Source of the DNA: a bacterium
Lineage (GTDB): Bacteria > RBG-13-61-14 > DATKZS01
Reading direction: 5' to 3'
Length of the DNA: 64,000 nt
Assembly (NCBI GenBank): GCA_963674965.2
Contig: CAXXFL010000006.1
Coordinates: forward strand, 320,001-384,000
The notes beneath the pieces were generated by a model. The model saw only the letters and a program-made list of their open reading frames with translations. It was not told the DNA's origin and did no database searches. The translations under genes and the position numbers were made by a program. Shown here piece after piece: positions 1-10,257 of the stretch. The number at the start of each line of letters is the position of its first letter. Within the stretch, counting starts at the first letter, position 1.

Positions 1-1344
1 TCTCACAGTCCAGTCCTGGGGAGGAGTTCCGGAAATCATCAAATCTACCATCGGACCTTCTACATCCAGGCGGTAAACGGCTTGTCTGAAAGCATCCGGC
101 AACTTAGAGGCGTTCAGAGGTGCTTCGTCATCACTCTCTCGCTTGGATTGGAGCCATTTGACCTCTACATTGTCGTCAATTATATCTCCCACTATACAAC
201 CGCTAAGGAGTTCCCTGGCCATTTTTCGGTTCACCTCGCGGTGCACTAGGTAAAACAAATTGGCCTCCACATTGGGCGTTTCCGACAAACCAGTTCCTGC
301 CGACGTAAAATTGCTCGACCCGATCAAGGACCCCAACCACTCGTCGTTAATCATCCTCATATTTTTCAGGTGGAGCGGTCGGAATGAACCTTCCTTATCG
401 TCGAATTGCTCATTAATTCTTCGAACCAAAGTCTGGGTTCCGCTACGAGACGATGGTTGAGCTTCAACAATTTCTCTTGGAGCATGGATAAGAATGGTAT
501 CGTCCTCACCCTGAATGTCTTCAGCAGTTGTCATGTAGGTAACCGTGGCTGGCCCTCTTAATCTCAAGATAGACCATAACTTTTCAGCGGGCACATTGGG
601 TTTTCCTGGCGGATCAAAAAATGGAGAGACAATCTCAGACTCTTCAATGGGATAACCAGGCCATAATTTCGATATTTGATCGAAAACGGATTCCCTCTCT
701 GGGCCGGTCATTACCGGGAAAATGCGGAGATCATTTCCCCCTCTATATTCTCCCTGCCAGCCCCAGTCTTTGGCGGCCTTACGAACTCCGGCAATTAAAT
801 CGATACAACGTCTTCCGGCTGGAGAATCGGTTTCCTTGGTATGACCCACAATCTCATTTAGGAATTTCAAGGTCTCCATCAGGCATACCAGGGGAGTCGA
901 GCTTTCCGGGTAATAGTCCATAATTCCGAAAATTTCCTGGTTCTTTCTATATCCTCCCTTGGTGAGATTTGCTGAGGCAATGATTACTCTCACAAGATTT
1001 CTCCAATAAAGAAGCGAGATTTTTGCATGAAGGATGGCGCGGGGGACTCTTGCAGAAAGCATGTCCCATCTTAAGCTTCGATCACCTTTGCAGTTGGTTG
1101 AATCCACAAGGAGAGAAACTTGAACCCCGGCCAACTTTTCCTCGCGTTCAATAATATAGATAGGGCCGTCCTCCACCGAGTCACTTTGCAACTGCAGGTA
1201 ACGCCCGAGGCACTCTTCCTCGAAAAAAACCGGATCAAAAGTAAAGGTGGTCGCTATACAGCCGATTGGATCGCCCGCTTCCTCGGGAGGGGTCCAGGCA
1301 TCGAGTAATCTACCTGTCCTCAATTTGTCCTGTGTGTCACTCAT
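1..1344 (-). CDS. Phospholipase D-family nuclease-like protein with two HKD-type motifs (3' end runs off the window; absent from the ORF track)
   Basis: Manual translation from ATG 1344, which overlaps the upstream TGA (TGATG): MSDTQDKLRTGRLLDAWTPPE...LHAKISLLYW...IASANLT...LHLKNM...GSSNFTSAG. The frame is open to position 1. Confidence 0.85.
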   Translation of the reverse strand, partial: MSDTQDKLRTGRLLDAWTPPEEAGDPIGCIATTFTFDPVFFEEECLGRYLQLQSDSVEDGPIYIIEREEKLAGVQVSLLVDSTNCKGDRSLRWDMLSARVPRAILHAKISLLYWRNLVRVIIASANLTKGGYRKNQEIFGIMDYYPESSTPLVCLMETLKFLNEIVGHTKETDSPAGRRCIDLIAGVRKAAKDWGWQGEYRGGNDLRIFPVMTGPERESVFDQISKLWPGYPIEESEIVSPFFDPPGKPNVPAEKLWSILRLRGPATVTYMTTAEDIQGEDDTILIHAPREIVEAQPSSRSGTQTLVRRINEQFDDKEGSFRPLHLKNMRMINDEWLGSLIGSSNFTSAGTGLSETPNVEANLFYLVHREVNRKMARELLSGCIVGDIIDDNVEVKWLQSKRESDDEAPLNASKLPDAFRQAVYRLDVEGPMVDLMISGTPPQDWTVR

Positions 1345-2663
1345 CAGCGATCCTCCAGCATCTTTAAATCAGATAAGAACGACAATAGGGACCAAGTACG
1401 GTAGGTGTGAACATATTCTTCGGTACGTTGTCCCGGTTCGTCTCTTTTATAACCAGCCCGCACCACACAACTTCCATCATCCATCCTTTCAAACCAAGGA
1501 TTCTTTCCATTAGGCGGCTTATTTTTTTGGTTGCTAATATGATGCTCAAGTAGATGTTCGACGAAATTCGTTGAGTCCGTCCTTTCCGAGACCTTTGCAA
1601 AGGTATTGACAAAGCGCACGGTCTCGTTGAAAGGCTCAAGCCGATCAGAGACCTCACCGAAAAGATCCGGGACCTTTCCGTGGGCCAGGACACAAGCCGG
1701 CTCTCTGGCTAATTCCGAAGGTTTTACCGGACCTCTTTTCACACTCATCAAATACAGACAGTCTTCGAAGGCGTCCTGCAGAACCCGACAGAAGATTTCG
1801 TAGGAAAAGATTGCATCCAATAAATCACCTGTATCTTTGTCGACTTCAAGTCGCAGGGCCTTATGAAAATCGCGTTCAGATTGCGTTGCTAAGAAAATGT
1901 CCTGTCCGGTTTTGGTTGACAAATAGCGCAGAAGTTGAGACCTGGGTGAGTTATTATCTGCAAACAGGACTTTTGCAATCAGGCCGGCTTCAAGCGGCGG
2001 GATCAGGTTGGGGAAAAGATGTTCACCGAAGAATTCCCACTCTTGCCAACTCGGACTTCTACCGACTGCTCCTTTTTTAAGGCCGTCTTGAATAGCGGCC
2101 TGGATGTTGGTGCGGTGGGATAAGCCAGGGCCTTCTCCACTGACAAAGCCTCTTAAGCCCTGTTCTTGCTCCCATACAGAAATGAGCTCATATCCTGAAT
2201 CGCCCAACATCCCTTCGTCCGTGATATCAAGTCCAGAAGATAACACTTTATAAACCCCATGAAGTCCAAATACCGAAGCTGTTTTTAGGTACCTCGATGA
2301 TGAAATGGGGACCCCGTCTCTTATTGCGTCCCGCGCTTTTTGAATTCCGGGAAGTCCTTGCAAACCTGAGTCCTGGTCTCGGCTTCGGACCAGGCCTTCA
2401 ACTACATGCCATTCATAAACGATCGTAGGGTCGCTTTCTCCATCCGCAGCCAGAACATCCTCACCTAGGTAATCCTTGGTCAGATAAGACCCTACCGCCA
2501 TTGCGGTTAAATACCGAGGATGGGACATTCTCTCTCTAACATCCGGTACTAATTTTCTCGCCAAGGAATCGCCAATAGCATACATTCCCAACGGGTCCAA
2601 GGCTCCTTCGGCGGAAGTCTCTGGATCATAAGCAGACAGAGTTGGCAACGCTTTTTCGAACAT
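1344..2663 (-). CDS. Conserved hypothetical protein, possibly DUF6361-like (partner of PLD/helicase defence operons)
   Basis: 445-aa ORF; likely start is ATG 2663 after GGAG. N-terminal DPLG..I...LA..LVP....M.HPRY motif. Translationally coupled to the PLD gene. Confidence 0.6.
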   Translation of the reverse strand: MFEKALPTLSAYDPETSAEGALDPLGMYAIGDSLARKLVPDVRERMSHPRYLTAMAVGSYLTKDYLGEDVLAADGESDPTIVYEWHVVEGLVRSRDQDSGLQGLPGIQKARDAIRDGVPISSSRYLKTASVFGLHGVYKVLSSGLDITDEGMLGDSGYELISVWEQEQGLRGFVSGEGPGLSHRTNIQAAIQDGLKKGAVGRSPSWQEWEFFGEHLFPNLIPPLEAGLIAKVLFADNNSPRSQLLRYLSTKTGQDIFLATQSERDFHKALRLEVDKDTGDLLDAIFSYEIFCRVLQDAFEDCLYLMSVKRGPVKPSELAREPACVLAHGKVPDLFGEVSDRLEPFNETVRFVNTFAKVSERTDSTNFVEHLLEHHISNQKNKPPNGKNPWFERMDDGSCVVRAGYKRDEPGQRTEEYVHTYRTWSLLSFLSDLKMLEDR

Positions 2664-2681
2664 GATAAAACTCCATTTCAA

Positions 2682-5600
2682 TCAGAGAGAGATAGTATTC
2701 ACCTTGAGCCCTTTAGCAAGATCAAGTAGGTGCCTATGATGTGTAAAAAATAGCACCTGGGTCATAGAGGCTAATTCGGAAAGTATCGAGAGTGCGGCCC
2801 GAGCTCGGTCATCATCGAATTGGATGAGGATGTCGTCGAAAAAGAGGGGTAAAGAAACGCCTTTGGAGACGTATTGCTCGATTGCGGCGAGGCGGAGGGC
2901 TAAAAAGAGTTGGTCGGCTGTACCGTCACTCATCGCGGCAACGCCAAGCTCGCTCTGGGCCGGGGTGTACCCCACAATGATCGGAGTATCCCTGTCAAAA
3001 GCGACCCTAAGCCCTTCATACCGGTCAAGAGTGAGGCGACGGAAATGTTCGCCCGTGCGAGCAAGGAGCGGGTCTTGGTTTTCTTTTCGGAATGCTTCCA
3101 TTTTACGAGCAAGCAGCATGGCGGCCAGCCGCGTTCGGAGGTAAATATCTGTCTGATCTCGCATCTCGGCCAATTTGGATTCTGCTCGTTCCTGCGCTTC
3201 GACTGCTGGTGAGGCATCGGATAGTTGTCTGAGTTCTCCCTCTCGCCTTTCCTCTTCGCGGACCAACTCTTCCCGGGCCTTTTCCTTGGTATCTTTGAGA
3301 CGTTGCAATTCCTCTATCTCTCCACCGAGACGATCCGGGTCCTGTTGCTCCAATTCAGATAACATCACGTCGAGTGTCATCTTGCCCAAAAGAGCGCTTC
3401 GTCGCAGCTCGTCCTCAAGCTCAGACGTCCGTTTCATCGCTGCTGATTTATCATCCGACCTCTTCTCAATTTCTTCCAATTCATCCACACTCTCAGCCCC
3501 AGCCTCTAACACCATCTCTCTCAACCGCCCTTCGAGGGCGCTTATTTCCTCTTCCGCAGCTTTGATACACTGGACTTCATCTAGTAATTGTCTCTCAATC
3601 TCCAGAAGCGCTTCCGCTTCCGCCCGGGATTGGATAAAGCTGCGGTTGAGCACCTCTATTCCGCTGGCGGGATTATCTAGACTAGCTTGTGCGTCTAGTC
3701 GATTGATCAGTTCTCTGGCATCGGTCTCGAAACGTACGATCTCGGTCTTCATGCCGTTGATCCGGCCCCGCGTGATTTGGGCCTTGTCCAGTATTATAAA
3801 CAACTCGTCATGGACATCGAGGATGCGGAGTGCTGCGGCTGGAGTTGAGTCACGCTGCATCCCAAGAGCCTTCACTCGCTGATGCCACCGATCCCTCTCC
3901 TGCTCGTGCTGCTGATGCCTTGCTGCCTGTTCAGCCTCTAACTGATCAATCTCTTCGGACAGTGAGTTTGCCCGATCCTCCAATTGCTTGCGATGGCTGA
4001 TTGCGTCAGTGATCGCCACACAGCGTTCCTCTGCAATTTGGCAAAGTTCAGAAAGGTTTGCTCCGCTAACCCGGTCATAATTTCCCGTGGCCGCAAGTTC
4101 TATTTCAAGCCTTGCCTGCACTTCTTTCCGCCGTGCTTCCCGGCGCTCCACGTCGCGTAATGTACGGTCCAATTCGTCTACAAGGGAACAAAGCTGATTC
4201 CGTCGTACAAGCCATGCCGACATCTCCGCGGGCGGTAGCGGCTCAATCAAGGAGGCGCTCCATAATTCCTTCCATTCCATGGTCAACGCGGCCTGACCCT
4301 GTTTCTCGCGTTCCACTTCCGAGCTAATCGTTTCCAGCTTCCGGCCGAGCGTTTCTTTGCGCACGGTTAGAACGGCTCGACGGTTGACTCGCTCGGCTTC
4401 CCGCCGGAGCCGATCTGCGATGTCATCCGCTTTCAAGGCCAGAGTCTCGAATCTATCCGCCAGCTCCACTCCTTTGCCAGCATCCAGCCCGCCGTGTTCA
4501 AGCGCATGTCGAATAAGCTTCCATTGCTCGTCCCTTTCTTCCCTCGCAACGGATAGTTCCTCCACGGAAGGAACCGCCTCAGAGAGCATCAGGGTTTTTA
4601 ACTCGGACTCTATACCTGCCAGTTCTTCCTTATGTTCCTGACACGCCAATTGTCCTTGTTCGACCTTTCTACTTGCCTGCTCCATAAGTTGCCTAAAACG
4701 GTCGATCGTTTCCGCCTCTGGCGCTGACGATGTCGCCAGTTGTTCGATGCTCCCACTTCTTGGACGAAGCCGGGCAAACTCCGATTCAGCTCGGAGACGC
4801 AGATCTTCTGCATGAGCAAGGCGATCATCGGTTTCAGATTGTTGTGAAAGAATTGACTGTGCTAAACGCAGGGCATCGGTCAGGCCCACCGGGTTGGCTG
4901 GCGATGGAGCATCTGCTAAGTTCCGCCTCGTCCGTTCAAGTTCCACTGTTTTCCGTTGCAGGTCTTTACTAGTAGATCGGCTTTCAGTGTCAAGACGTTC
5001 AAGCCGACCGCAGAGATCCTGGATTTCCTGCCGGACTGCGGCATGTAAGCGGAGACCACTAGCATTATCAAGCTCAAGCGAAGAATCGAGCTGGGCCAGA
5101 AGCGACGCCGCTTTCTGTTCCTCGCCAGCCAACTCTTTTTCTCGCTTGAGCAGGTCTTCGCAGTTCTTGCGGTACTTGCCGACCTCCGAGTGGATACGGG
5201 TAATGTTTGCTTCTTCATGGAGCAGGCCTTCACTGACCTTGAGCCCCGAGCGCCGCGCGAGAAGCTCCTCACGCTTGGTCTGGTACGAGAACAAGTCCTT
5301 TCTCACCTGCTCCAACCGTTCTGATATTTGCTCATGCCTACGGCTGAAATCATTGGAGAGCAGCGGGGAGTCTTTAAGCCGTTCGAGTTTGTTCCTTTCG
5401 ACTTGAAGATCAATGTACCAATTGATCGCATCGCGGTAGCGGGTAAGTTGATTGATTTGCCTATCCAGTTCCTGAACTTCAGATCGGGTCTGTGCGCTCT
5501 GCGTCCGTATGGCTTCCAACTCCCGGTTGGCTTTTTGCCACTTTGCCGCTGAAAGCGTACCCTCTTTGATTTCCTTCTGGGCTGCAGTATAGTCCCTGGC

Positions 5601-6149
5601 AAGACGATTGATAATTGTGGACGATGCGGTTGGGCGGAAGAGTTCGTTTGCACGACTTTCCAGCATCCCGAGCCGTTCGCGGATCTGCGTCATGCCGGTA
5701 CCGGCAGCAAAAAGACTGTGGTCCAACAATCCACCATGACAAAGGATTTCCCTACCTCCCTCTGTCAACCGCTCGTGGTCGAGTCCGAATAGCAACTGAA
5801 AAAGCCCAGGTTCTATACCTCCCAGCATGTCGCCTAATGCTTCCTCGGGCACTGGCTTGCCATCCTCGGTCAGTAACGTGTTCTTAGTACCCTTTCGGCG
5901 GTAAAACCAGATTTCCCTACCGCTGTCCGTCACTAGACATGCTCCTACTCGAAGGTCCTTTTTGGGATGGATAAAATCATCGGAAGAACGTGATTCGATC
6001 CCAAAGAGAAAAGATTCCAGCGCCCGCAAAGCTACACTTTTCCCCGCCTCGTTCGGCCCATAAATTAGGTTGACCTTGTTTCCAACCAAGTCGATGCTCC
6101 GGTCGGTGAAACACCCGAAGGCTTTAAGATGTAGCCGAGCGATCTTCAT
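2682..6149 (-). CDS. YhaN-like SMC/Rad50-type ABC ATPase (AAA_27)
   Basis: Walker A GPNEAGKS, long coiled coil, signature MSDGTADQLFLALRLA, Walker B LFFDDILIQFDD, H-loop FFTHH. Confidence 0.9.
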   Translation of the reverse strand: MKIARLHLKAFGCFTDRSIDLVGNKVNLIYGPNEAGKSVALRALESFLFGIESRSSDDFIHPKKDLRVGACLVTDSGREIWFYRRKGTKNTLLTEDGKPVPEEALGDMLGGIEPGLFQLLFGLDHERLTEGGREILCHGGLLDHSLFAAGTGMTQIRERLGMLESRANELFRPTASSTIINRLARDYTAAQKEIKEGTLSAAKWQKANRELEAIRTQSAQTRSEVQELDRQINQLTRYRDAINWYIDLQVERNKLERLKDSPLLSNDFSRRHEQISERLEQVRKDLFSYQTKREELLARRSGLKVSEGLLHEEANITRIHSEVGKYRKNCEDLLKREKELAGEEQKAASLLAQLDSSLELDNASGLRLHAAVRQEIQDLCGRLERLDTESRSTSKDLQRKTVELERTRRNLADAPSPANPVGLTDALRLAQSILSQQSETDDRLAHAEDLRLRAESEFARLRPRSGSIEQLATSSAPEAETIDRFRQLMEQASRKVEQGQLACQEHKEELAGIESELKTLMLSEAVPSVEELSVAREERDEQWKLIRHALEHGGLDAGKGVELADRFETLALKADDIADRLRREAERVNRRAVLTVRKETLGRKLETISSEVEREKQGQAALTMEWKELWSASLIEPLPPAEMSAWLVRRNQLCSLVDELDRTLRDVERREARRKEVQARLEIELAATGNYDRVSGANLSELCQIAEERCVAITDAISHRKQLEDRANSLSEEIDQLEAEQAARHQQHEQERDRWHQRVKALGMQRDSTPAAALRILDVHDELFIILDKAQITRGRINGMKTEIVRFETDARELINRLDAQASLDNPASGIEVLNRSFIQSRAEAEALLEIERQLLDEVQCIKAAEEEISALEGRLREMVLEAGAESVDELEEIEKRSDDKSAAMKRTSELEDELRRSALLGKMTLDVMLSELEQQDPDRLGGEIEELQRLKDTKEKAREELVREEERREGELRQLSDASPAVEAQERAESKLAEMRDQTDIYLRTRLAAMLLARKMEAFRKENQDPLLARTGEHFRRLTLDRYEGLRVAFDRDTPIIVGYTPAQSELGVAAMSDGTADQLFLALRLAAIEQYVSKGVSLPLFFDDILIQFDDDRARAALSILSELASMTQVLFFTHHRHLLDLAKGLKVNTISL

Positions 6150-6151
6150 GA

Positions 6152-7351
6152 TTAGCTTTCCTTACCCGCAATCATGGCGGCTGCGTCGGTGAATATTTTT
6201 TCAACTTCCTGGGTGGATTCGGGGTCAAAGTCCGTGGTGAAGAGGTCTGGCGCTTTTTCGCGTAACGGCTTTATGACATTTTCCTTCCACTCGGGGAGCA
6301 AGGCGTCGAGGTCGGCCTTTTCGACCGTGATAGTCCCCGAGGTTTCCAGACCATCCGGCGTAGTAGAGAAGATGATTTTTTCCAGCCAAAGCTGGTCAAG
6401 CCCCACATCGGTAGCTCGGCCGCGGAATTCATTGCGCCAGTACTCCCGGTTCGCGGTCATTTCAACATGGGCTGGCGTCGCACCCGATATTACCAGTCGA
6501 AGCGCCAATGGCCGATCATCGGTTTCGGCAAGTTCACTCTTCATTAGGGCTTCGGCACGCTCCACAACATCACGGGCATCGCCCGCGCCACTCGCATCAA
6601 CCTCGGCCACGGACCATCGCATTACATCCAGTTCCCGCCACTCGGCCGTGAGTTCAGTTTCGTCGCCGCTGACAATCAGGCAGCCCTTAGGACCGGTCTC
6701 CCGGATGTGTCGTCCCTGGATGCATCCTGGATAGGCGATAAGAGGATCGTGCGACAACTCTTCGCGGGTATGCACATGGCCTAGCGCCCAGTAGTCATAG
6801 CCTCTACGTACTAGGGATTCGACCGAGCAGGGAGCATAAGTGTTATGCGCGGAGTTGCCACTGGCGCTGGTGTGCAACAACCCGATGTTGATGAAGCCTG
6901 GCAATGGTGCGGGGTAACTCCGGACGAAGTCGGCATCGGTTTCGCGGCTGGCGAAGCTCCGTCCATGAACAGCCACCCTCAGATCGTTAAATTTTTTTGT
7001 GCTGGCCTGGCCTGACTCAAAGACATGAACATTATTGGGTAAAGACAAGCTACGGGTGATAATGCTGTCAGCGTCATGGTTTCCTTTTACGATGCAGACC
7101 GGGAGGCCGCCAAGACGCGATAGTTGCTTGTTCAGATAGAGGATGGTGTTGTAATCGCGCAAGGCACCGTCGTAGAGATCGCCTGCTATAAGCAGTAAAT
7201 CAACCTTTTCGGCATGGGCTAGATCAACCATATTCTCCAAGGCTCGTCGAGTTGCGCGTCGAACTTGGTCAACTGGTGCCCCTTCATATCTCTCTAGCCC
7301 CAAAAGGGGACTGTCGAGGTGGATATCGGCTGCATGAATGAACTTGATCAT
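6152..7351 (-). CDS. YhaO-like Mre11/SbcD metallophosphoesterase nuclease
   Basis: Motifs ADIHLD, AGDLYD, GNHD, LLHT, ALGHVH, YPGCIQGR; 2-nt gap to the ATPase gene. Confidence 0.92.
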   Translation of the reverse strand: MIKFIHAADIHLDSPLLGLERYEGAPVDQVRRATRRALENMVDLAHAEKVDLLLIAGDLYDGALRDYNTILYLNKQLSRLGGLPVCIVKGNHDADSIITRSLSLPNNVHVFESGQASTKKFNDLRVAVHGRSFASRETDADFVRSYPAPLPGFINIGLLHTSASGNSAHNTYAPCSVESLVRRGYDYWALGHVHTREELSHDPLIAYPGCIQGRHIRETGPKGCLIVSGDETELTAEWRELDVMRWSVAEVDASGAGDARDVVERAEALMKSELAETDDRPLALRLVISGATPAHVEMTANREYWRNEFRGRATDVGLDQLWLEKIIFSTTPDGLETSGTITVEKADLDALLPEWKENVIKPLREKAPDLFTTDFDPESTQEVEKIFTDAAAMIAGKES

Positions 7352-7389
7352 CGTTTCCCCTCGTTTTTGATGTTGAACTTCATCAGCTA

Positions 7390-8358
7390 TTACTCACTAA
7401 CTGTCACTATATCACCAAAGCTCCTAATCCATGCTCTGATTTCCTCCGAGTCCGACACCTTCATGGTAAGCGTCACCGAGCCGTTCTTGTGAACTTTGCA
7501 CTTCTGCGACCGGTGCCACTGGCGGGAACATATGTAGTCGCAGAGCTCGGGCGGGAACTTGAGCTTGAAGGTCTTTTTCTCGCCGGTCGAGAAGATGCCA
7601 AAAGCCCCGTCGAGCAACTGCTCCGGATGGTACTTGGCCGGGTAGTCGAACTTCTCTTGAGTTACTTCAACCTCCCGGAGCCGCTCAATGTTGTAATAGA
7701 CGGGGCGCTCGTGATTCAACGTGCGGGCGACGAGATAGAGACCGCCCTTGTGGTACAGCAGCGTTAGAGGCTGGACAGTGTAGTCGCAAGGATCACACCC
7801 GCCGGGCTTGTAGTGGATATTGATGACATTCTGGTAGACGATGGCTTTGATCACGTCCGAGAGCATTTCGTCATGACCCGAGTAATCCTTGGGTGCCCAA
7901 GGCGCTGAGAAGAACTTTCTCGGCAGGTCCTTGATAAGGCCCCGGTGGGCACTGGTCAGCTTTTGCTCGACTTCCCTGAGCACGTCGTCAACCAGGTCCA
8001 CGAACAGGTTGTTGACCCCGAGCATCTTGAAAATCTCAAGCGACAGGTAGACCGAAATAAGCTGGTAGATGTTCGCCTGTGATTTGTCGTCGTACTTGGA
8101 CCGGCGCACTAGCCATTCCTCCCCGCCTTGTTTCTCCACCATGAACTGCGGGTCATCATGCTCCGTCACAAACTCCTCATTCAGGGCCTTGACGTAGCGC
8201 TTGACCGTCTGTTCGCTCACGCCCAGGCTATCGGCCACGGTCGCCAGTCTTTTGCCCAGCCCATGCCTTGGCATCTCGTCCACCAGCCGGGCCATGCGGA
8301 CCGCTGACGGATAGGTGGCCTTCCTGTATCCCTTGCCCTTACTTTTAATCTTCGCCAT
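7390..8358 (-). CDS. WYL-domain transcriptional regulator (wHTH-WYL-WCX)
   Basis: N-terminal HTH (VADSLGVSEQTVKRYVKAL), WYL core (VQPLTLLYHKGGLYLVA...YNIERL), WCX end (WIRSFGD). ATG 8358 follows a GAGGAGG RBS. Confidence 0.9.
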   Translation of the reverse strand: MAKIKSKGKGYRKATYPSAVRMARLVDEMPRHGLGKRLATVADSLGVSEQTVKRYVKALNEEFVTEHDDPQFMVEKQGGEEWLVRRSKYDDKSQANIYQLISVYLSLEIFKMLGVNNLFVDLVDDVLREVEQKLTSAHRGLIKDLPRKFFSAPWAPKDYSGHDEMLSDVIKAIVYQNVINIHYKPGGCDPCDYTVQPLTLLYHKGGLYLVARTLNHERPVYYNIERLREVEVTQEKFDYPAKYHPEQLLDGAFGIFSTGEKKTFKLKFPPELCDYICSRQWHRSQKCKVHKNGSVTLTMKVSDSEEIRAWIRSFGDIVTVSE

Positions 8359-8410
8359 CCTGCATCCTCCTCGTTCGCTTCCGCTATTAATACTATTATA
8401 CACACAGCCA

Positions 8411-8425
8411 AATCAACGGCTGATT
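8411..8425. promoter_or_regulatory. Palindromic operator candidate AATCAAC-G-GCTGATT next to a TATAAT -10 upstream of the WYL gene
   Basis: 7-1-7 inverted repeat with one mismatch; near-identical copy at 16127-16141; minus-strand TATAAT at 8395-8400. Confidence 0.55.
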
Positions 8426-8535
8426 CAATAGGCTGTTATCTTGGCTTTTAATAAGCAAGCATGAGAAAAGGTTTTACTTAGCACGAGTAAGAGTAGTAAG
8501 CTGGCTAGATGCTGATATATTCGGATGGTGGTAGG

Positions 8536-9207
8536 TCAGTCTTTATGGTGCGTGACCTTGGTACCGTCAATGTATACTTCTCGACCACACGGGCAGATGT
8601 AGGAGTCTGCTATATTGGGAATGCCATAGGTCACGCCCAAAATTGGGCATTTGAAAACTTTATGCCCACCGAAGAGGTAGTCATAGCCAAGGTCATTGCA
8701 ATCCTTTAGGACAAAATCACTTCTAATTATCTTCTGTCCAGCATCCAAGATGCACTTCATTTTCTTATAGACTCCGGGGCGGGATCGGAAGGAACTGATG
8801 TTTCCTCTTTTCATGACGACCACAGCAAATGTGTCGGCAAAATCTTCTTCACTATCGAACCAAGCGTACCAGGAAATCCATTTGTTATCATCTAATATCA
8901 AATCGGGGTGATTTCTCCGATAATCCGCCAATTCGTTCCAAGGGTCCTCAAATCGCTTCTGATACTTAAAAAAGGAACGGTAGCCTCTTAAGGGCTTTTT
9001 CCTGCACCAGTAATCCTGGAAGGCATGTCCCATCTCGTGTGCTATCAGCTTTTCGGTGGTTCTGTTATTTATCATCGCCTTGAATAGACCTAATGGACCC
9101 TCAAGCTCATTCAGATTCCAAGCTACATCAACCCGTCCGGTTGCGCTGTTAAGGCTGGCAGCCGTTCTTGGCAGGGACAATGAGCAATGGACACCCGAGG
9201 AAATCAA
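8536..9207 (-). CDS. Putative zinc metallopeptidase with C-terminal Cys motif; possibly 5'-truncated
   Basis: HEMGH zincin motif plus EEDFADTF, and a CPxxG...CPCG tail. Only a weak TTG start; the frame is open upstream to ~9285 with no ATG. Confidence 0.6.
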   Translation of the reverse strand: MISSGVHCSLSLPRTAASLNSATGRVDVAWNLNELEGPLGLFKAMINNRTTEKLIAHEMGHAFQDYWCRKKPLRGYRSFFKYQKRFEDPWNELADYRRNHPDLILDDNKWISWYAWFDSEEDFADTFAVVVMKRGNISSFRSRPGVYKKMKCILDAGQKIIRSDFVLKDCNDLGYDYLFGGHKVFKCPILGVTYGIPNIADSYICPCGREVYIDGTKVTHHKD

Positions 9208-9288
9208 ACAAAGGGCTTTGACAATTACTGAATGGTCGGTATCAACAAGATGGAATCTGGATGCTATCCTGCCGGAGTTTCTTTAGCT

Positions 9289-10257
9289 TTAACCAAGCCA
9301 GAATTTGGGATGATCAAAATCATGCTCTTTCAATAAGGTGCGGAGTTTATTTAAGTGGTTTATCCGGCCATTCTCCAATTCCTTTTTAGTGCCAATAATT
9401 AATAGTTCTGGTTGTTTCCTAAGACGAAGGCTATTTTGACATAGTTCTAGTATTTTTATCCCTTGAATGTTTTGGAATGATGTAAAGAATTTTTCTGGAA
9501 AAGCTTTTTGATGGATAAAATGCAAATAATTGGCGGCAACCAATTTGTAGGTTTCGATTATTTGGGATTCGTGCTGCAGAAATTCTCTGTAATGAATCAT
9601 CTGGGCAATTATCTCTGGTGGACTGTCCTTTTCTGCCTTGAGTCTAGAGTCCCTAACTAATTTTACTTCTGTAAGAACCAGATAAGGTAATCCATCAACC
9701 ATTTCAATACGGGCTAAATCGATCCTGTCTGCAACATATTTTCTTCCAGTCACTGATTTTATCCGTTCGTCTTCGGTTCTTCCACGCCGAAATGCAATTT
9801 CTAGATCGATCAAAAAAATATCTTTGTTTTTGAACATTGCACCAAGATATTTTTGAATACTTTCTTTCTCGCCAGAGATATGTCTTTGAGAAATGTACGC
9901 AAATGGATTCTCTAAGAGACCTGAAAATCTCCAACCACTTTGAGAAACCAAATCATTGCCATCATTCGAGAGCTTTAATTTAATATAGGGGTCCTTTCCT
10001 TCAAACTGATCGGCTTCACTGGCCAAATCTGTGTACTTGTAATGAATTCTAAACGGAGACTTTGAGTTGGGATGGTATCTAAGGACAGAGCAACCTTTCC
10101 AGTAGATATTGATGTAATTGTCCCTAATGCATATCTGATAATTATGAATCCCTTCAGCAAGTAATTTCTGCGCAATTAAGGTTTTAAAGAAAATATTGGC
10201 CCTCTCAAGAACTTTTGGATTCATACCCCTTTTAAAGGAAAATTCAGTGGCTTTCAT
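9289..10257 (-). CDS. Putative PD-(D/E)XK-type nuclease, AT-rich
   Basis: IDLEIAF...RIDLAR...LTEVKL...Q..Y motif series; GGAGG RBS. Confidence 0.6.
   Translation of the reverse strand: MKATEFSFKRGMNPKVLERANIFFKTLIAQKLLAEGIHNYQICIRDNYINIYWKGCSVLRYHPNSKSPFRIHYKYTDLASEADQFEGKDPYIKLKLSNDGNDLVSQSGWRFSGLLENPFAYISQRHISGEKESIQKYLGAMFKNKDIFLIDLEIAFRRGRTEDERIKSVTGRKYVADRIDLARIEMVDGLPYLVLTEVKLVRDSRLKAEKDSPPEIIAQMIHYREFLQHESQIIETYKLVAANYLHFIHQKAFPEKFFTSFQNIQGIKILELCQNSLRLRKQPELLIIGTKKELENGRINHLNKLRTLLKEHDFDHPKFWLG

Noticed and set aside
260-1308. Short plus-strand ORFs
   Set aside because: Antisense to the minus-strand PLD gene.
2824-6734. Ser/Arg-rich plus-strand ORFs over the YhaN/YhaO-like genes (and similar ones over DISARM)
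   Set aside because: Antisense shadows of long coding regions.
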